Positions 50,694 through 62,050 of a DNA stretch of 64,000 nucleotides are shown here, in pieces; the stretch's first letter is position 1; each line of letters opens with the position of its first letter. Made by a program: the position numbers and the translations under genes. The notes beneath the pieces are model-generated. The model was not told where the DNA came from. It searched no databases and saw only the letters and a list, made by a program, of their open reading frames with translations. The stretch comes from Octopus sinensis (taxonomy: Eukaryota). The stretch covers positions 68,014,001-68,078,000 of the forward strand of contig NC_043006.1 of assembly GCF_006345805.1 (NCBI RefSeq), in the 5' to 3' direction.

Positions 50694-52141
50694 ATATGTG
50701 TGTGGTGTGTGTGTGTATATATATATATGTATGTATGTATGTATTTATGTATGTATGTATATGTACAACTGGACCCTTATTCCAACTGGAGCCTTATTCC
50801 AATTTCGTCCTTCAAGACACCCTGTTACCCTTTACTGCCCTGCCTCTAGGTTTCCTTTGATACCACTAATCTTACTCATTAATCTGGAACCATTTCACTT
50901 GAGATCCTTTCCATATTGTTAATACTATCCTACACCCACATTTTATATTGACTTCTGCTTCCCTCAGACCGCCAAATCATCTCACTTTCTCCACTACCAT
51001 ACATCTCTCACTCTCTCCACCACTCTTGAAACCCACACAACCACTCATCATCATCATCCTCTGTCTATCTGTCTCTGTTTCTCTCTCTCTTATCATTCCT
51101 GTCTATTGAATCATCATTACTACTCTGCTACTCTTCATCCTGTTTGCTCCATCCACTCCTCAACCCTATCCAATCTCTACAGTTATCACCTATGTTTCCC
51201 TACTTCCCCTACTTATCACCCACTCAACACTTATTATATTCACCCTCCACACATACACATTCCCTATCTCTCAATCTCTCACACACTCTTGCAATCTTAA
51301 CTCATCCACTTGTGTGTTTTTTTTTTTACCCCTATTCGTTTCTGCTCACCTCATACCTTGAGGGGTCACACAGATACCTCATCACCATTATCTTACTGTC
51401 TTTCTCCACTCCATTTGATCATCCTTCATGCTCCCTTAGAATGTGATTGGCCTTGTAGCTCCACTACAGCAACAAACCTGTTCTGCTCTGGCCCCTTCTC
51501 TCATACTTTAGCCCCTTATTTCTCAGCAGAAGGTCACCTCTTTTGGGGTTCATAGTTTTAAAAACTGCATGGTGGGTTTGCTTGTGCTGGTGGCACAAAA
51601 TAAAGCATCCGGTACGTGTAGATCATGTCAAACCTTCCAACCCCTGCCAACATAGAACATACACATTAAATGAAGATGAGGATGGTGGTGTAGAGAGATT
51701 TGTTCTTTTATGGAAAATTTCATCAACACAGAAATGTAATTTTTAGCTGTACATGTTCACGAATGACATCTACACATACACACACACATATGCATGCATG
51801 TTCACACATACATTCACACATTAAGTTTCTTACCAGCAAGCATACCTACATATCATATTAGTTTGCTTTGTGTGCGTGCGGTGCATGTATGTGTTTAGTG
51901 ATAGATAAGTAGATATATTTTTATTCCTTCTTTTCCATGAACTTAAAAATCATTACTCATTTTCCTGTTTACAATTCCTAATAACTTGCTTCCACCACCT
52001 CATTGCAGTGTATGTATATTTAATCCCCCCCACCCTCACAAAAAAGTTGCTTGCGGAGGGTGGGGTGGGGGGCGGGTGAAAAAGTGAAAGTGTTTTCCTT
52101 GCACTATCTAAGTGGAAGTGTTTCATTGACTTGTATTAATA

Positions 52142-52698
52142 TTGGATTGTCCAGAAAGTTTGAGCTGATTTTTAAAGGAAAGAAAAAGGTCGATAAATAC
52201 TTGCCATTATAATTTTAATCAACCAAATATAAACCATTTTGTTGCACAATGTGTCTCCATCTTTCCTTTAACTTGAAAATACCCTCTTTCCGGAATTGAA
52301 GTGGTTTCATGGCAAAGAATTCATCAAGGTAGCTTTATGTCATTCAAGGAATTGAAATTTTTACCATTAAGACTATTCTGCAGAGACCTGAATAAGTGGA
52401 AATCTGAAGGAGCAATATCTGGTGAATATGGAGGGTGGGGTAATACATCCCAGCCAAGCAGCAGCAATTTTTGTCTGGTTCCCAAAGCATCAAGTGCCGA
52501 AAATGAACTTTCTTATCTTCCATTTTAAAGGGTTACATAATTAACACAGGTTATAGGAACATAATCCACAAAAAGATAGCTTAAACTGTGCTCTAAATGG
52601 AGGTGTAGTCAAATCCTATTTTATAGACTCAACCATGTTCTAAAATAAGTCAAAAGACCAGCTACTATAAATCGGCATGAACTTTCTGGACAACCTAA
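52142..52698 (-). mobile_element. Internally deleted mariner with both TIRs and TA TSD
   Basis: TA|TTGGATTGTCCAGAAAG ... CTTTCTGGACAACCTAA|TA. Minus strand MEDKKVHFRHLMLW joined to TRQKLLLLGWDVLPHPPYSPDIAPSDFHLFRSLQNSL. Same family as 26196-26988. Confidence 0.92.
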
Positions 52699-54630
52699 TA
52701 CTAATCATGTCACATACAGCTGAAAGGATTGCACAGAAACATAGCTTTCTCTAAAACGATTACACAATTCATGGCTTTCTTTGGGAAAATGTTTCCACAA
52801 CACAATATTTTGTGTGACAGACTTTTCTGGTCCACTTCCAAAGATAACTATTTGCATGATGCAGGTCTTCACAAAGTTATACATCCTCATCACATTTAGG
52901 ACTAATTTGGTTGTGATAAAAAAGGCTATAATTTGGCAGAGAAATAATTATGTCTTGTGTAATTACTATTAAGTGTTCTACAAAACAAGAATGACACAGT
53001 CATTACATGTTCTTTCTGTGTTATGGGAATGACACAATTACTGTGGTCCTTACATGTTTTGTCTACATTATATCGTAGACCTTAATGTTATATTGTATTC
53101 TATATTATTGAAATCACCGCATTAAGCTTGTTGACTCTATTAGCTTAAATTAGTTCCTTTTACATAACTAAGTAAACAAACTACTCACCATGATGGAGTT
53201 GAAAAGGATTATTGTATTATAACCTAGCTAAATTTCTCTCTCTCTCTCTCTCTCTCATTGGTTTAATCTCTTGCAGGTTTTTTTTACTCACCCAAGTTGT
53301 AATAAAAAGAAGAAAAAAAAAACCTAGCTAATCTTCTTACAGGTGATTTTAGATTCAGTCTGGAATGTCACAGTTTGACTAGTTTGTATAAACACAGAAA
53401 TTTTGAGATCTAATGAAATTCCTTGATAGGTTGCCAAGTTTTTATTTAATTCCACATTTTATGCACAGGTAAATGATATTTGTCATCTCCTATGTATTAC
53501 GTATGGATAATAATGGTTGAATTATGTGAGGATGATGTTTATATATGTAACACTTTAAGTCCTTATCTCAACCCTTAATGAAATAAGAGATGATTAAAAA
53601 CAGACAAACCATAACATTTGTTCCTGTTCCAGACCACATTATCTAATGTGTCCTTGTTTTAAAGTGGTAAGGTGTGTAATTTGTTGGAGATTTGATTGCT
53701 CTTTCTAGCAGTTTGAGTGACTACATAAAGGCATCCTCATGCGGACATGTAATGTCATGTGATGCATGTTATATGTCAGTGGTTCTGTGTGTTCATATTA
53801 GAGAGCAGTTTAAGAAAATGGGATTAAATGAAAAGGCTTCTCACTGAAATACATGGAAAGATATAGTATTACTGACCTATCAAACCCACAAAATATATTA
53901 TAGTTTAAACCAATAAAAATGATGATGATGATGAATATTATTTTCATGTATATATTTAACACTTAACATATTCAATGCAACATTGCTGGGACATGGGTAG
54001 AGGTCTTGTTGACATAGGTCAGCTCTAGTTGCTGCTGTTTAGCCAGATATTATTGTCCTCCTACTTTAATCTGTGTAATATTGTGTGTTCGACCTCATAT
54101 CTCTAGTGTGCACTTCAAACATACAAAAACACACTTATTATCCACTCTTACTCAGTAAGTTTTAAAACTCTCTTATAGATTTCTTCCTGTATATGTCCTG
54201 ATACACAATGTAGATTAGTCTTTTTAGTATATTCCTAGTCTGGCGGTGACAACAATGGCAGTTGTTCTTGTTTATCTCAAGGTTAACTTTCATACTGCAG
54301 CTCTATGATCAAAGGCACTCCAGCTGTGACCATCCTGTAGGACTACATTAGCTAATGTGTCCTGTCTTTATATTAAACAATAGGGTGTAATTTGTGGAGA
54401 ATTTAGTTACTATTTGTTACAGATTGAGTGATTGTATTGAGGTTCTCCCAGTGGCTTGTGTTTGGGTAGAAGGTGTTATTTGTGTTGTTGTTGGTAATGG
54501 TAGTGTTTTAGCTCCAGTCACCTCTGAGTAATTGACCTGTGGTATAAAGTTAATTGTTTGACAACAATATGTAGTCTCCAGATCTCTTCTCCAGCACTTC
54601 GGTTTAAGTGATGTGCAGTCATATGTTTAA

Positions 54631-54840
54631 CCCTCTTCACACCAACCTGGCTGAAACCGCCTCTGGCTTTGTAGTACAAATGTCTTGTTTTCGTAAGTTT
54701 TGAATTAAAACCTTACTCACAATTTATGTTCCTAACACCAGCTTAATTATAACTAAGTTATTTTACTAAATTCTTTGTTATAGTTAAAATTAATTGAATG
54801 AAACACAGAAGATCTCAGACTAAGTACAGTAACAAAAGGG
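54631..54840. mobile_element. piggyBac-like MITE, family P1
   Basis: TTAA|CCC...AAAGGG|TTAA; internal sequence matches 3369-3589. Confidence 0.85.
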
Positions 54841-55309
54841 TTAAAGCCAGTGAAGCTATTGATGTTAATGTTACTTTCCAGTGTCTGTCTATTTGTTTAG
54901 AGGAATAGTATTGTTAGCATAGTGTTGTAGTAGTACACTGGGAGTGTTTTACATGTGTTTAAGTGTTTGGAGGTGGCATTTCATATAATGACTGAAATTG
55001 TTTTGAGTTTGAATTTTGATACAGCAACAAACTATGCCCATCTCATGTTCAGGTGGTCTTTCTGTTTTAGTACTTTTGTTTTTTTATGAACATGATATGT
55101 ATATGTGCTCTGTATACAATCTACTCAATCTGTGTGGAGTGCTATATTATGTTCTGTGAAGCTTACTGTGGTTTGTTGTAGACAGATTGAGGATCTGGGC
55201 AGGACTGACATAGATAACTAATGGATCTAAAGTGTTCTTTGAACACCATTGTTGTTGTGGACAAATGTATTACCTGTGAATATTGTTGTAAGGTTGTTAC
55301 AAGGTACTT

Positions 55310-55495
55310 GTGAGTGATATTATAAGGTACCTGTTGGTGGTGTTATAATGTACCTGTCGGTGTTGTTATAAGGTGCCTGTCAGTGTTTTTATAAGATACC
55401 TGTTAATGTACCTTTACAGGTACATATCTGATCTTATAAGGCACCTATCTGTTGTTATAAGGTACATGCAAGTGTTGTTATAACATACCTGGTCA
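55310..55495 (+). repeat. Degenerate ~22-bp minisatellite, about 8 units
   Basis: Recurrent ttataaggtacctgt..gtgttg. Confidence 0.75.
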
Positions 55496-56665
55496 GGATG
55501 CACAATCCTGCACTGCCTCTATCTAGCTGACAGTAACAGAGAAGTGACCTAGAGCAGACCTCTATCCAGGGAAGATTTATCTCATCCACTGTATAGTCCA
55601 CTACTGACCTTGTTGGGATTTAAAAAAGATTGATTAAAGACACAGTTATATCCTCTTGATATCTCTTTTCTTACATGGCTTTGTGAATCACATAGAATTA
55701 GTGTTCTTATTTAACCACAGGTCAGCTGCCATTCTCTTCTTCAGGTAATGTGTGTTGAGCTGTCACATTGTCCAATACATCTTTCATCTTTTAAGATGTT
55801 AAAGTGTTATTTCAGGAGAAACTAACTGCTATTTCTTGCCAATAATGCAACTACTTTGTGGTCCCATTTTGTGGTTAAAAGTTGTGTGTGTGTTGGCATG
55901 CCCACATGCATTTGTATGTTTATAAACAGCTCTCTCTGTATGTTTGTACACATATGAAATTATATATACACACAGCTGCATGTATACTTATTAGATTGTG
56001 GAAGTGTACTTGATTGTGGAGTGGAATGTGTGTATGTGTGTGTGAGAAGTTCTTCTGGAGTTAACAAGTGATTTATAACAGCCTGGAAATCTAGAATTGG
56101 TTGAAACTAGAGTGGTATGGTGGTGGTAGTGGCTGCAGCAGTGGTGAGGAGGAGTAAATGACAGCAACAACAATAGCAGCAATTGGATCAGTGACAATAT
56201 CTGGTCGTGAAGAGCAAGTAGGATGTACATTGCAAACAGGAAGAGGGTCTCTTCTTTTAGTCTCTGTCGTCACACACATGGTGGTTTGATATACATAGAC
56301 AGCATAATGCATTTATTTTAGTACATATTCACATAGCCACGCACACACACACACACACACACACAATACATGATTGCATACTGACATTCAGCACATATAT
56401 ATGTATGTACTATTTATTAATTACTCAATTTGAACATTGAAGTAACTCTTCATTTTCATTGAAAATTATGGGTTACCTCACTTACTGAGGAACTAGTTGA
56501 CTCCTTTAGAGAGATTGTGTGTAGAGAGATTTTGAATCTTTTAATTTGGAGTTTTAAGGCAGGTGTAAGATCTTAATAAGCCTCATCTTTTGTGTATTTA
56601 TAGAGAATAAGAGTAGTGGATGGGTCTTTGCATGGTTATGTGGTTCAGAAGTTTACTAAGCAGTA

Positions 56666-57185
56666 CCGTAAATCCTCGAGTATAATCCACATTTTTTTCC
56701 CAAAATTTAAAGGTCAAAATCCCTAGTGTGTACTATATACGAGGTTAAAAATGAAAAATATTTTCTAAGCAATGTCCGAGTCTCTATTTGCTGTCCAGCA
56801 ATGTTTATTCAGACGTATTTTGTGATGTCGGACACGAAAATACCTTAAGCTAAGCCTGAAAGCAATGAAGTCATAAAAGAATCATCCATAACTTGCAGTA
56901 AGCAACATTTATTAAACATTACTACTGTTATTTCTTTATTTTCTGTAAACAAAATGCACAAAAAAGCTACACGTTTGCATTATGTTATATATACAATAAT
57001 AATAAAGGACGTTACCATATAACCATATACATTTTTACAAACCAAGGACGTTATATAGATCTCCTTGACTCAAGTTAGAGAAGGGGTGCGTATTATACAC
57101 AAGGTTTAGGTTTTTCAGAGGTACGGCCCCCTAAAAATCCCCTGCGTATTATACTCAAGGGCGGACTATACTTGAGAATTTACGG
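56666..57185. mobile_element. pogo/Tc1-mariner-type MITE, family M1, second copy
   Basis: TA|CCGTAAATCCTCGAGTATA ... TATACTTGAGAATTTACGG|TA; collinear with 8160-8672. Confidence 0.92.
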
Positions 57186-57649
57186 TACATGGTTTTGAAA
57201 CTATAGGCATATTTTGCATCTTGGCCTCAGGTCAACTAAGGCCTTGTAAATGAAATTTGGTTGACAGAAAGTGTGTGAAAGTCCTTTTGAAAATTTTTTA
57301 TGAACAATTTTTGATTAGAAAAACCTAGAAATGTCTGATGAAGTTGACTTCTAATGAAAGGATAGAATGCCTTTCTTCGATCCATGACCATTCCAACTCA
57401 ATTCACAAGAACAGCTTATTTTCAGTGACATTATCCAGTGTGCCCTTTTAATGATGGTGAAGTATCATTTGGGAAAAATTGGCTGCTGTTTGTAACAAAT
57501 TAGGCAACCATCTTGGGGCGCCTTTATTCTAAGTTGGTCAATCAATACAGATATCTGAACATTTGCTAAATAAATGTGCATAATGTGTACATTCAGTTAA
57601 TTTTAGCTACACAATAGATTTTTGTGAATGATATTAGGTGAAAGAAGGC

Positions 57650-57860
57650 AGTGAGCTGGCAGAATTGTTAGCACTCCAGGGAAAATGCTTAGCAGTATTT
57701 CATCTGGTTTTATATTCTGAGTTCTGATTCTGCCAGGGTTGACTTTGCCTTTCATCTTTTCAGGGTCGATAAATTAAGTACCAATCAAGTTTCGGGGTCG
57801 ATGTAATTGACTAACCCCTTTCTTCAAAATTTCAGGCCTTGTACCTATAGCACAAAAAAT
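57650..57860 (+). mobile_element. Family A SINE
   Basis: gagctggcagaattgttagcac...gactttgcctttcatc...ggggtcgatgtaattgact...aaatttcaggccttgtacctatag. A partial copy lies at 59820-59965. Confidence 0.8.
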
Positions 57861-58057
57861 ATTAGACAAGTGAAAGTTACCTGGTGTGTCTTGTCGGTAG
57901 AGACTTGGTTTTCTTTTCTATCTCAAGCTAATGCTAATAATAATTAATGTTTAATATAAGTTTCATTAATGTCTTAGCAATTCACTCAATCTCCTTGTTT
58001 TACCAAAGTGGTAAGTTTTCAGAAGGCTTAGTTCATAAACTAGTTTCATCTGTCTTA

Positions 58058-58315
58058 CCATATTTTCTGGCATACAAATCAATGTAGTATATAGTGTAAA
58101 CATTCAAACATGTTATAATTATGAAGATTACAAAAAAAAAATCTCTCTTTAATATTTTGCTATCACTAACTTATTCTCTTTCTTTCCAAATCCTGCTGCA
58201 TTTCACATGGAATTTTTGATCCTCCAAAGTTGTCTTGGTGTATAAGTAGACCTACCTTTTTTTATTGTAAATTTTAGTCTGAAAAATTTTGGCTTGTGTG
58301 CTGAAAAATAGAGTC
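58058..58315. mobile_element. Degenerate pogo-like MITE
   Basis: Left end ccatattttctggcatacaa, also seen at ~14883. Right subterminal cctacctttttttattgtaaattttagtctg is the reverse complement of 14915-14946. Confidence 0.5.
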
Positions 58316-60206
58316 TTTCAGAAATTGATGGTTTTATTTTGTTTACTTTACAAATCTGATGCTTTGTGGTTTTCTGAGTGAGCAAACATGTTGGAATTCT
58401 AAATTAAGTGGCCATATTCTCTGTTCAAAGAACTCTTGGCACAGCCTTGCCTTTTATTCCTTTCTGGGGTAAAATATGTATCAGTAATATATTAGTCTGT
58501 TCAAGTCCTGTTCCATATTACTTAATCCTGTTCTATAATGATTGGCTTTGTTCTTTGTCTAAAAAGAGAAAAAAAAAGCAAAGAAAAAACATTTTATATT
58601 TAAATGAATATTTCTAACTATTCAGACTTAGCTGAATCTTTAGAGAAAAGGAAGTATTTACCATAAAAGGAAGTGAAGAATCACTTTGGTAACTGAAATC
58701 TACTGATATGTGAGGAAATGGCTCAGTGAATTATTGTATACTTGAAAAGATTGTTGGATCATTACAACACAAAGGAAATATATCTGCTGAAACTGTTTCT
58801 CTTCTTTGACAAGCTGTTGGCATAGTTTTTAGTTGTAGCTTGTAGTTGAGATTCTGTAATCTTTCTCTCCTACCTCTCTTTCTCACGTGGTAAAATAGAT
58901 AAATATGTATTGAATGCAAAAACATCTATTGATCTAGAACTTCTGCATATTTATATATTGAACAGAAAAGTGTGTGTTCCTGACAGCATAAAACCACACT
59001 GACAATTTGAGAATATTTCAGATATATGTACTTTATGATATTCTCAGTAACATATTATAATTACGAAGATTACAAAAAAAAATTCTCTCTTTAATATTTT
59101 GCTATCACTAATTTATTTACACTTAAACTCCTATTTATTCTTTGCATGTCATAAGAGCCAGGTTCACCATATTTCTCTTCCCAGAGGATGTCACACAGTA
59201 TTCAGCTACAGACACATTCAACACTGCATCAAAATTTTCAGTGTGCCACTATTTCACTACCTACACCACACTACTGTTTCACTATTCACACTGCACCACT
59301 ATATTATAATGTTCAGTGCACCATTGCACGTACACACAGACATCTGTGGTGTGTGTGTACTTGTTAGTGGATTGACAAAGGTACTAGCACAGCATATGTT
59401 AGTGAGTGTCCATATTAGGAGTGTATACTGATATAAGAGATAATGTACCATGCAAGTGAGTCTGCATGTTGTGTGCACAACTTGCAAGTAAAACTATGTA
59501 ATGTTTGTGTTTTTGTACAAGTGAGTCTGAAAGTTCTGTGTCTGCAATACACATGCGTTTGATTTTACATTCCTAGCTATTACAAGTTCCCAGTAAAATT
59601 GCCAGTTTGTGAAGTGAATAAGTTTGTGTACGTGTCTGTACTGTAAAAACTAGTTGCAAAAAAGTGATGAGTTTTATGTTTGTTCTTAGTGGGAGCTCAT
59701 ACTCCTTTCTGCTATGACTGATACATCATAGTTGGTCTGTTGTTACGTCTGTTGTGACAACTGGTAAAACAGTGATGATCACTGACCACTGATAATACTA
59801 CCACACTAGACTGTATTGACATTATCCACTGAGGTCAACTTTGCCTTTCATCCTTTCAGGGTTGATAAATTAAGTACCAGTTGCATACTGGGGTTGATCT
59901 AATTGACTGGCCCCCTCCCCAAAAATTTTGGGCCCTCTGCTTAGAGTAGAAAAGAATATTTGTTGACATTATAATATAACACCTCTGTGTTATAATGTTC
60001 AGTGCACTCCACTGTATTTGAATGTATATTACCCTGTTAATCGTGATACCATGAACCCATGTATAACCACCTGCTTGTATCTCTTTCACATTTACCAATA
60101 AAATGCCCAGTAAGAAATTTTCTGCCATAAACACTGGATCAGTCGATGGACAATCTGCAGCTTGTGAGACTTTCTGAATGGCATACCTAGTGAAAATTTA
60201 TCTTAA

Positions 60207-60385
60207 CCCTTTCATTATTGTATTTATTTTGAGATGCTCTGTGTTTCTATCAGTTACTTTAAATATAACAAAGAATTTAGTAAAATAACTTAGTTATCAT
60301 TCAGCTGGTGTTAGGAACATAAATTGTGACAAGACATTTGTACGTAGAGCCAGAGCTGGTTTCAGCTGGGTTGGTAATGAAAGGG
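60207..60385. mobile_element. piggyBac-like MITE, family P1, inverted and internally shortened
   Basis: TTAA|CCCTTTCATTA ... TAATGAAAGGG|TTAA. Confidence 0.8.
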
Positions 60386-60499
60386 TTAAATATTTTTAGT
60401 AGTGCAACCCGCCTGATAATGAGCCATTTCTAATGTGGCCAGCTTCTTGAAAAAGGTTGCCTATACCTGCTCTAGACAGTCTCTGTATGTGGTTCTTAC

Positions 60500-60765
60500 T
60501 GCATACTGGTGATGGTACCACATAAAAAGCACTGGTGATGATATCACGTAAAAAGCACTGGTGATGGTGCCTTGTAAAAACCACCCAGTACTCTCTGTAA
60601 AGTGGTTGGCATTAAGAAGGACATCCAAATGTAGAGACTAAATCAAGACAAACTGTGGAACTTGGTGTAACCCCTGGCCTTGGCAGCTCCTATGAAGCCA
60701 TCCAACTCACTTCAGCAAGGAAAATGGATGTTAAACAACAATGATGATGAAGAAGATGAGGATGT
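60500..60765 (+). mobile_element. Diverged RTE 3' UTR copy with ~26-bp VNTR
   Basis: Three actggtgat(g)gt...taaaaa units, then cacccagtactctctgtaaagtggttggc...gatgttaaacaacaatgatgatg. Confidence 0.7.
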
Positions 60766-60951
60766 TACACATCTGTTATTGACATAGATATCTCTTTTTC
60801 TTCCTCTATCTCCGTTTTGTTTACTTGACCACCTAGTTGTCCTTTTTGATCCTAGTATGCCTTTGTCACCTAGTTATCTATTTTGTCTCTTAGATATCTG
60901 TTTTATTTCTTAGATGTCTTTTTTGACATTTCTATATCTGTTTTATTTTAG

Positions 60952-61086
60952 ATCAATATAGTTGATGAGGAGATTGCAAGTGGAGACAAAGTGAAGAATG
61001 GACCTAAGAAGATACCCATTGGTTGGAGAAAAGACTTTGACAGTCATGGCGAGATGGTTTTCTTACATTCCAGCTCCAACCACAAA
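60952..61086 (+). CDS. ARHGAP12: Internal coding exon, first half of tandem WW module, same ARHGAP12-like gene
   Basis: Acceptor ctgttttattttag| and weak donor aaa|gtatat. 135 nt, phase 0-0. Translates INIVDEEIASGDKVKNGPKKIPIGWRKDFDSHGEMVFLHSSSNHK, aligning by eye to ARHGAP12 PPRGWSEELDERGHTLYTSDYTNEK. Confidence 0.75.
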
Positions 61087-61464
61087 GTATATAAAACCTT
61101 ACACTATTATTTTCTCTACTTTTTCCATCTTCAATGCCAATGCCTTAAATTTTACTTATCTCTTCATGTTTTCTCTGTTTTTAAACATCTTTCTCTCTCT
61201 CTCTGTCTCTTTGCATTTTTTTTCACTTTTCTGCATTCTCTACTCTCTGCCTGCCTGTCTGTCTCTCTCTCTCAGTATCTATGCATTTTTCATCTGCTCT
61301 CTTTTTCATCCATTCACCTTTACCATTTCACATTCTCTATCTGTCACCCTTTTAACTATTTGATTCCCCCCCCCATTTTCCTTTTCCTCCTTTCTCTTTC
61401 TCTTCTTTCTTCTCCTTACTTCCTGATTATCCCTCTCTTTAATCTCTCTCTTTTCCCCTTACAG
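61087..61464 (+). other. 378-nt intron splitting the tandem WW module
   Basis: GTATAT...ACAG. Splicing gives NHK|WKQ, restoring the conserved K-W junction. Confidence 0.7.
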
Positions 61465-61545
61465 TGGAAGCAGTCTATAGATCAGACTGGCAGACCTTAT
61501 TACTACAGGGAAGGTTCTACAGAATCTGTATGGGATCTTCCAGTG
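61465..61545 (+). CDS. ARHGAP12: Internal coding exon with a WW domain, same ARHGAP12-like gene
   Basis: Long pyrimidine tract plus ttacag| acceptor, donor gtg|gtaagt. 81 nt, phase 0-0. Translates WKQSIDQTGRPYYYREGSTESVWDLPV, similar to ARHGAP12 WLKHVDDQGRQYYYSADGSRSEWELPK (recalled). Confidence 0.85.
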
Positions 61546-61789
61546 GTAAGTACCACATCCCACTGTTGTTCCCTCTGCCAAGGGTTCTGCTGGTGATAAT
61601 CTGATGTTGACACCACATTCATTATCATATTGTTGGTCTTTCTGGGGGTCTACTTTTTTTTTTATATTGGATTCTTATGTGTGTGTTTGTGTGTGTGTGT
61701 GTGAATTGTTTTGTTTAGTAGTGGAGGAATATCTCTTGCATAATTATATGCCTTCTTTTTGTCTCTCTAGATATATATTTATACATACA

Positions 61790-62017
61790 TATGTATATAT
61801 GTGTGTACAAATATAGACTGGCACATAGTAGAATGTGTTTGTGTATGTATGTATGTATGTATGTATGTATGTATGTATGTATATATATATATATGTATGT
61901 ATGTATGTATATATATATGTATGTATGTATATATATATATGTATGTATATATATATATGTATGTATATATGTATGTATGTATATATATATATGTATGTAT
62001 ATATGTATGTATGTATA

Positions 62018-62050
<33 letters not shown>

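Larger units (their letters stand above)
28558..60951 (+). other. 32.4 kb intron (GT...AG) of the ARHGAP12-like gene
   Basis: Joins two phase-0 exons. The spliced peptide gives a WW1-to-WW2 spacing similar to the family. I found no convincing coding exon in between, but small exons could have been missed. Confidence 0.65.

Noticed and set aside
17068-60765. Apparent + strand bias of RTE 3' UTR copies (about 11 plus versus 4 minus in the window)
   Set aside because: Too few copies, counted by eye, to distinguish from chance.
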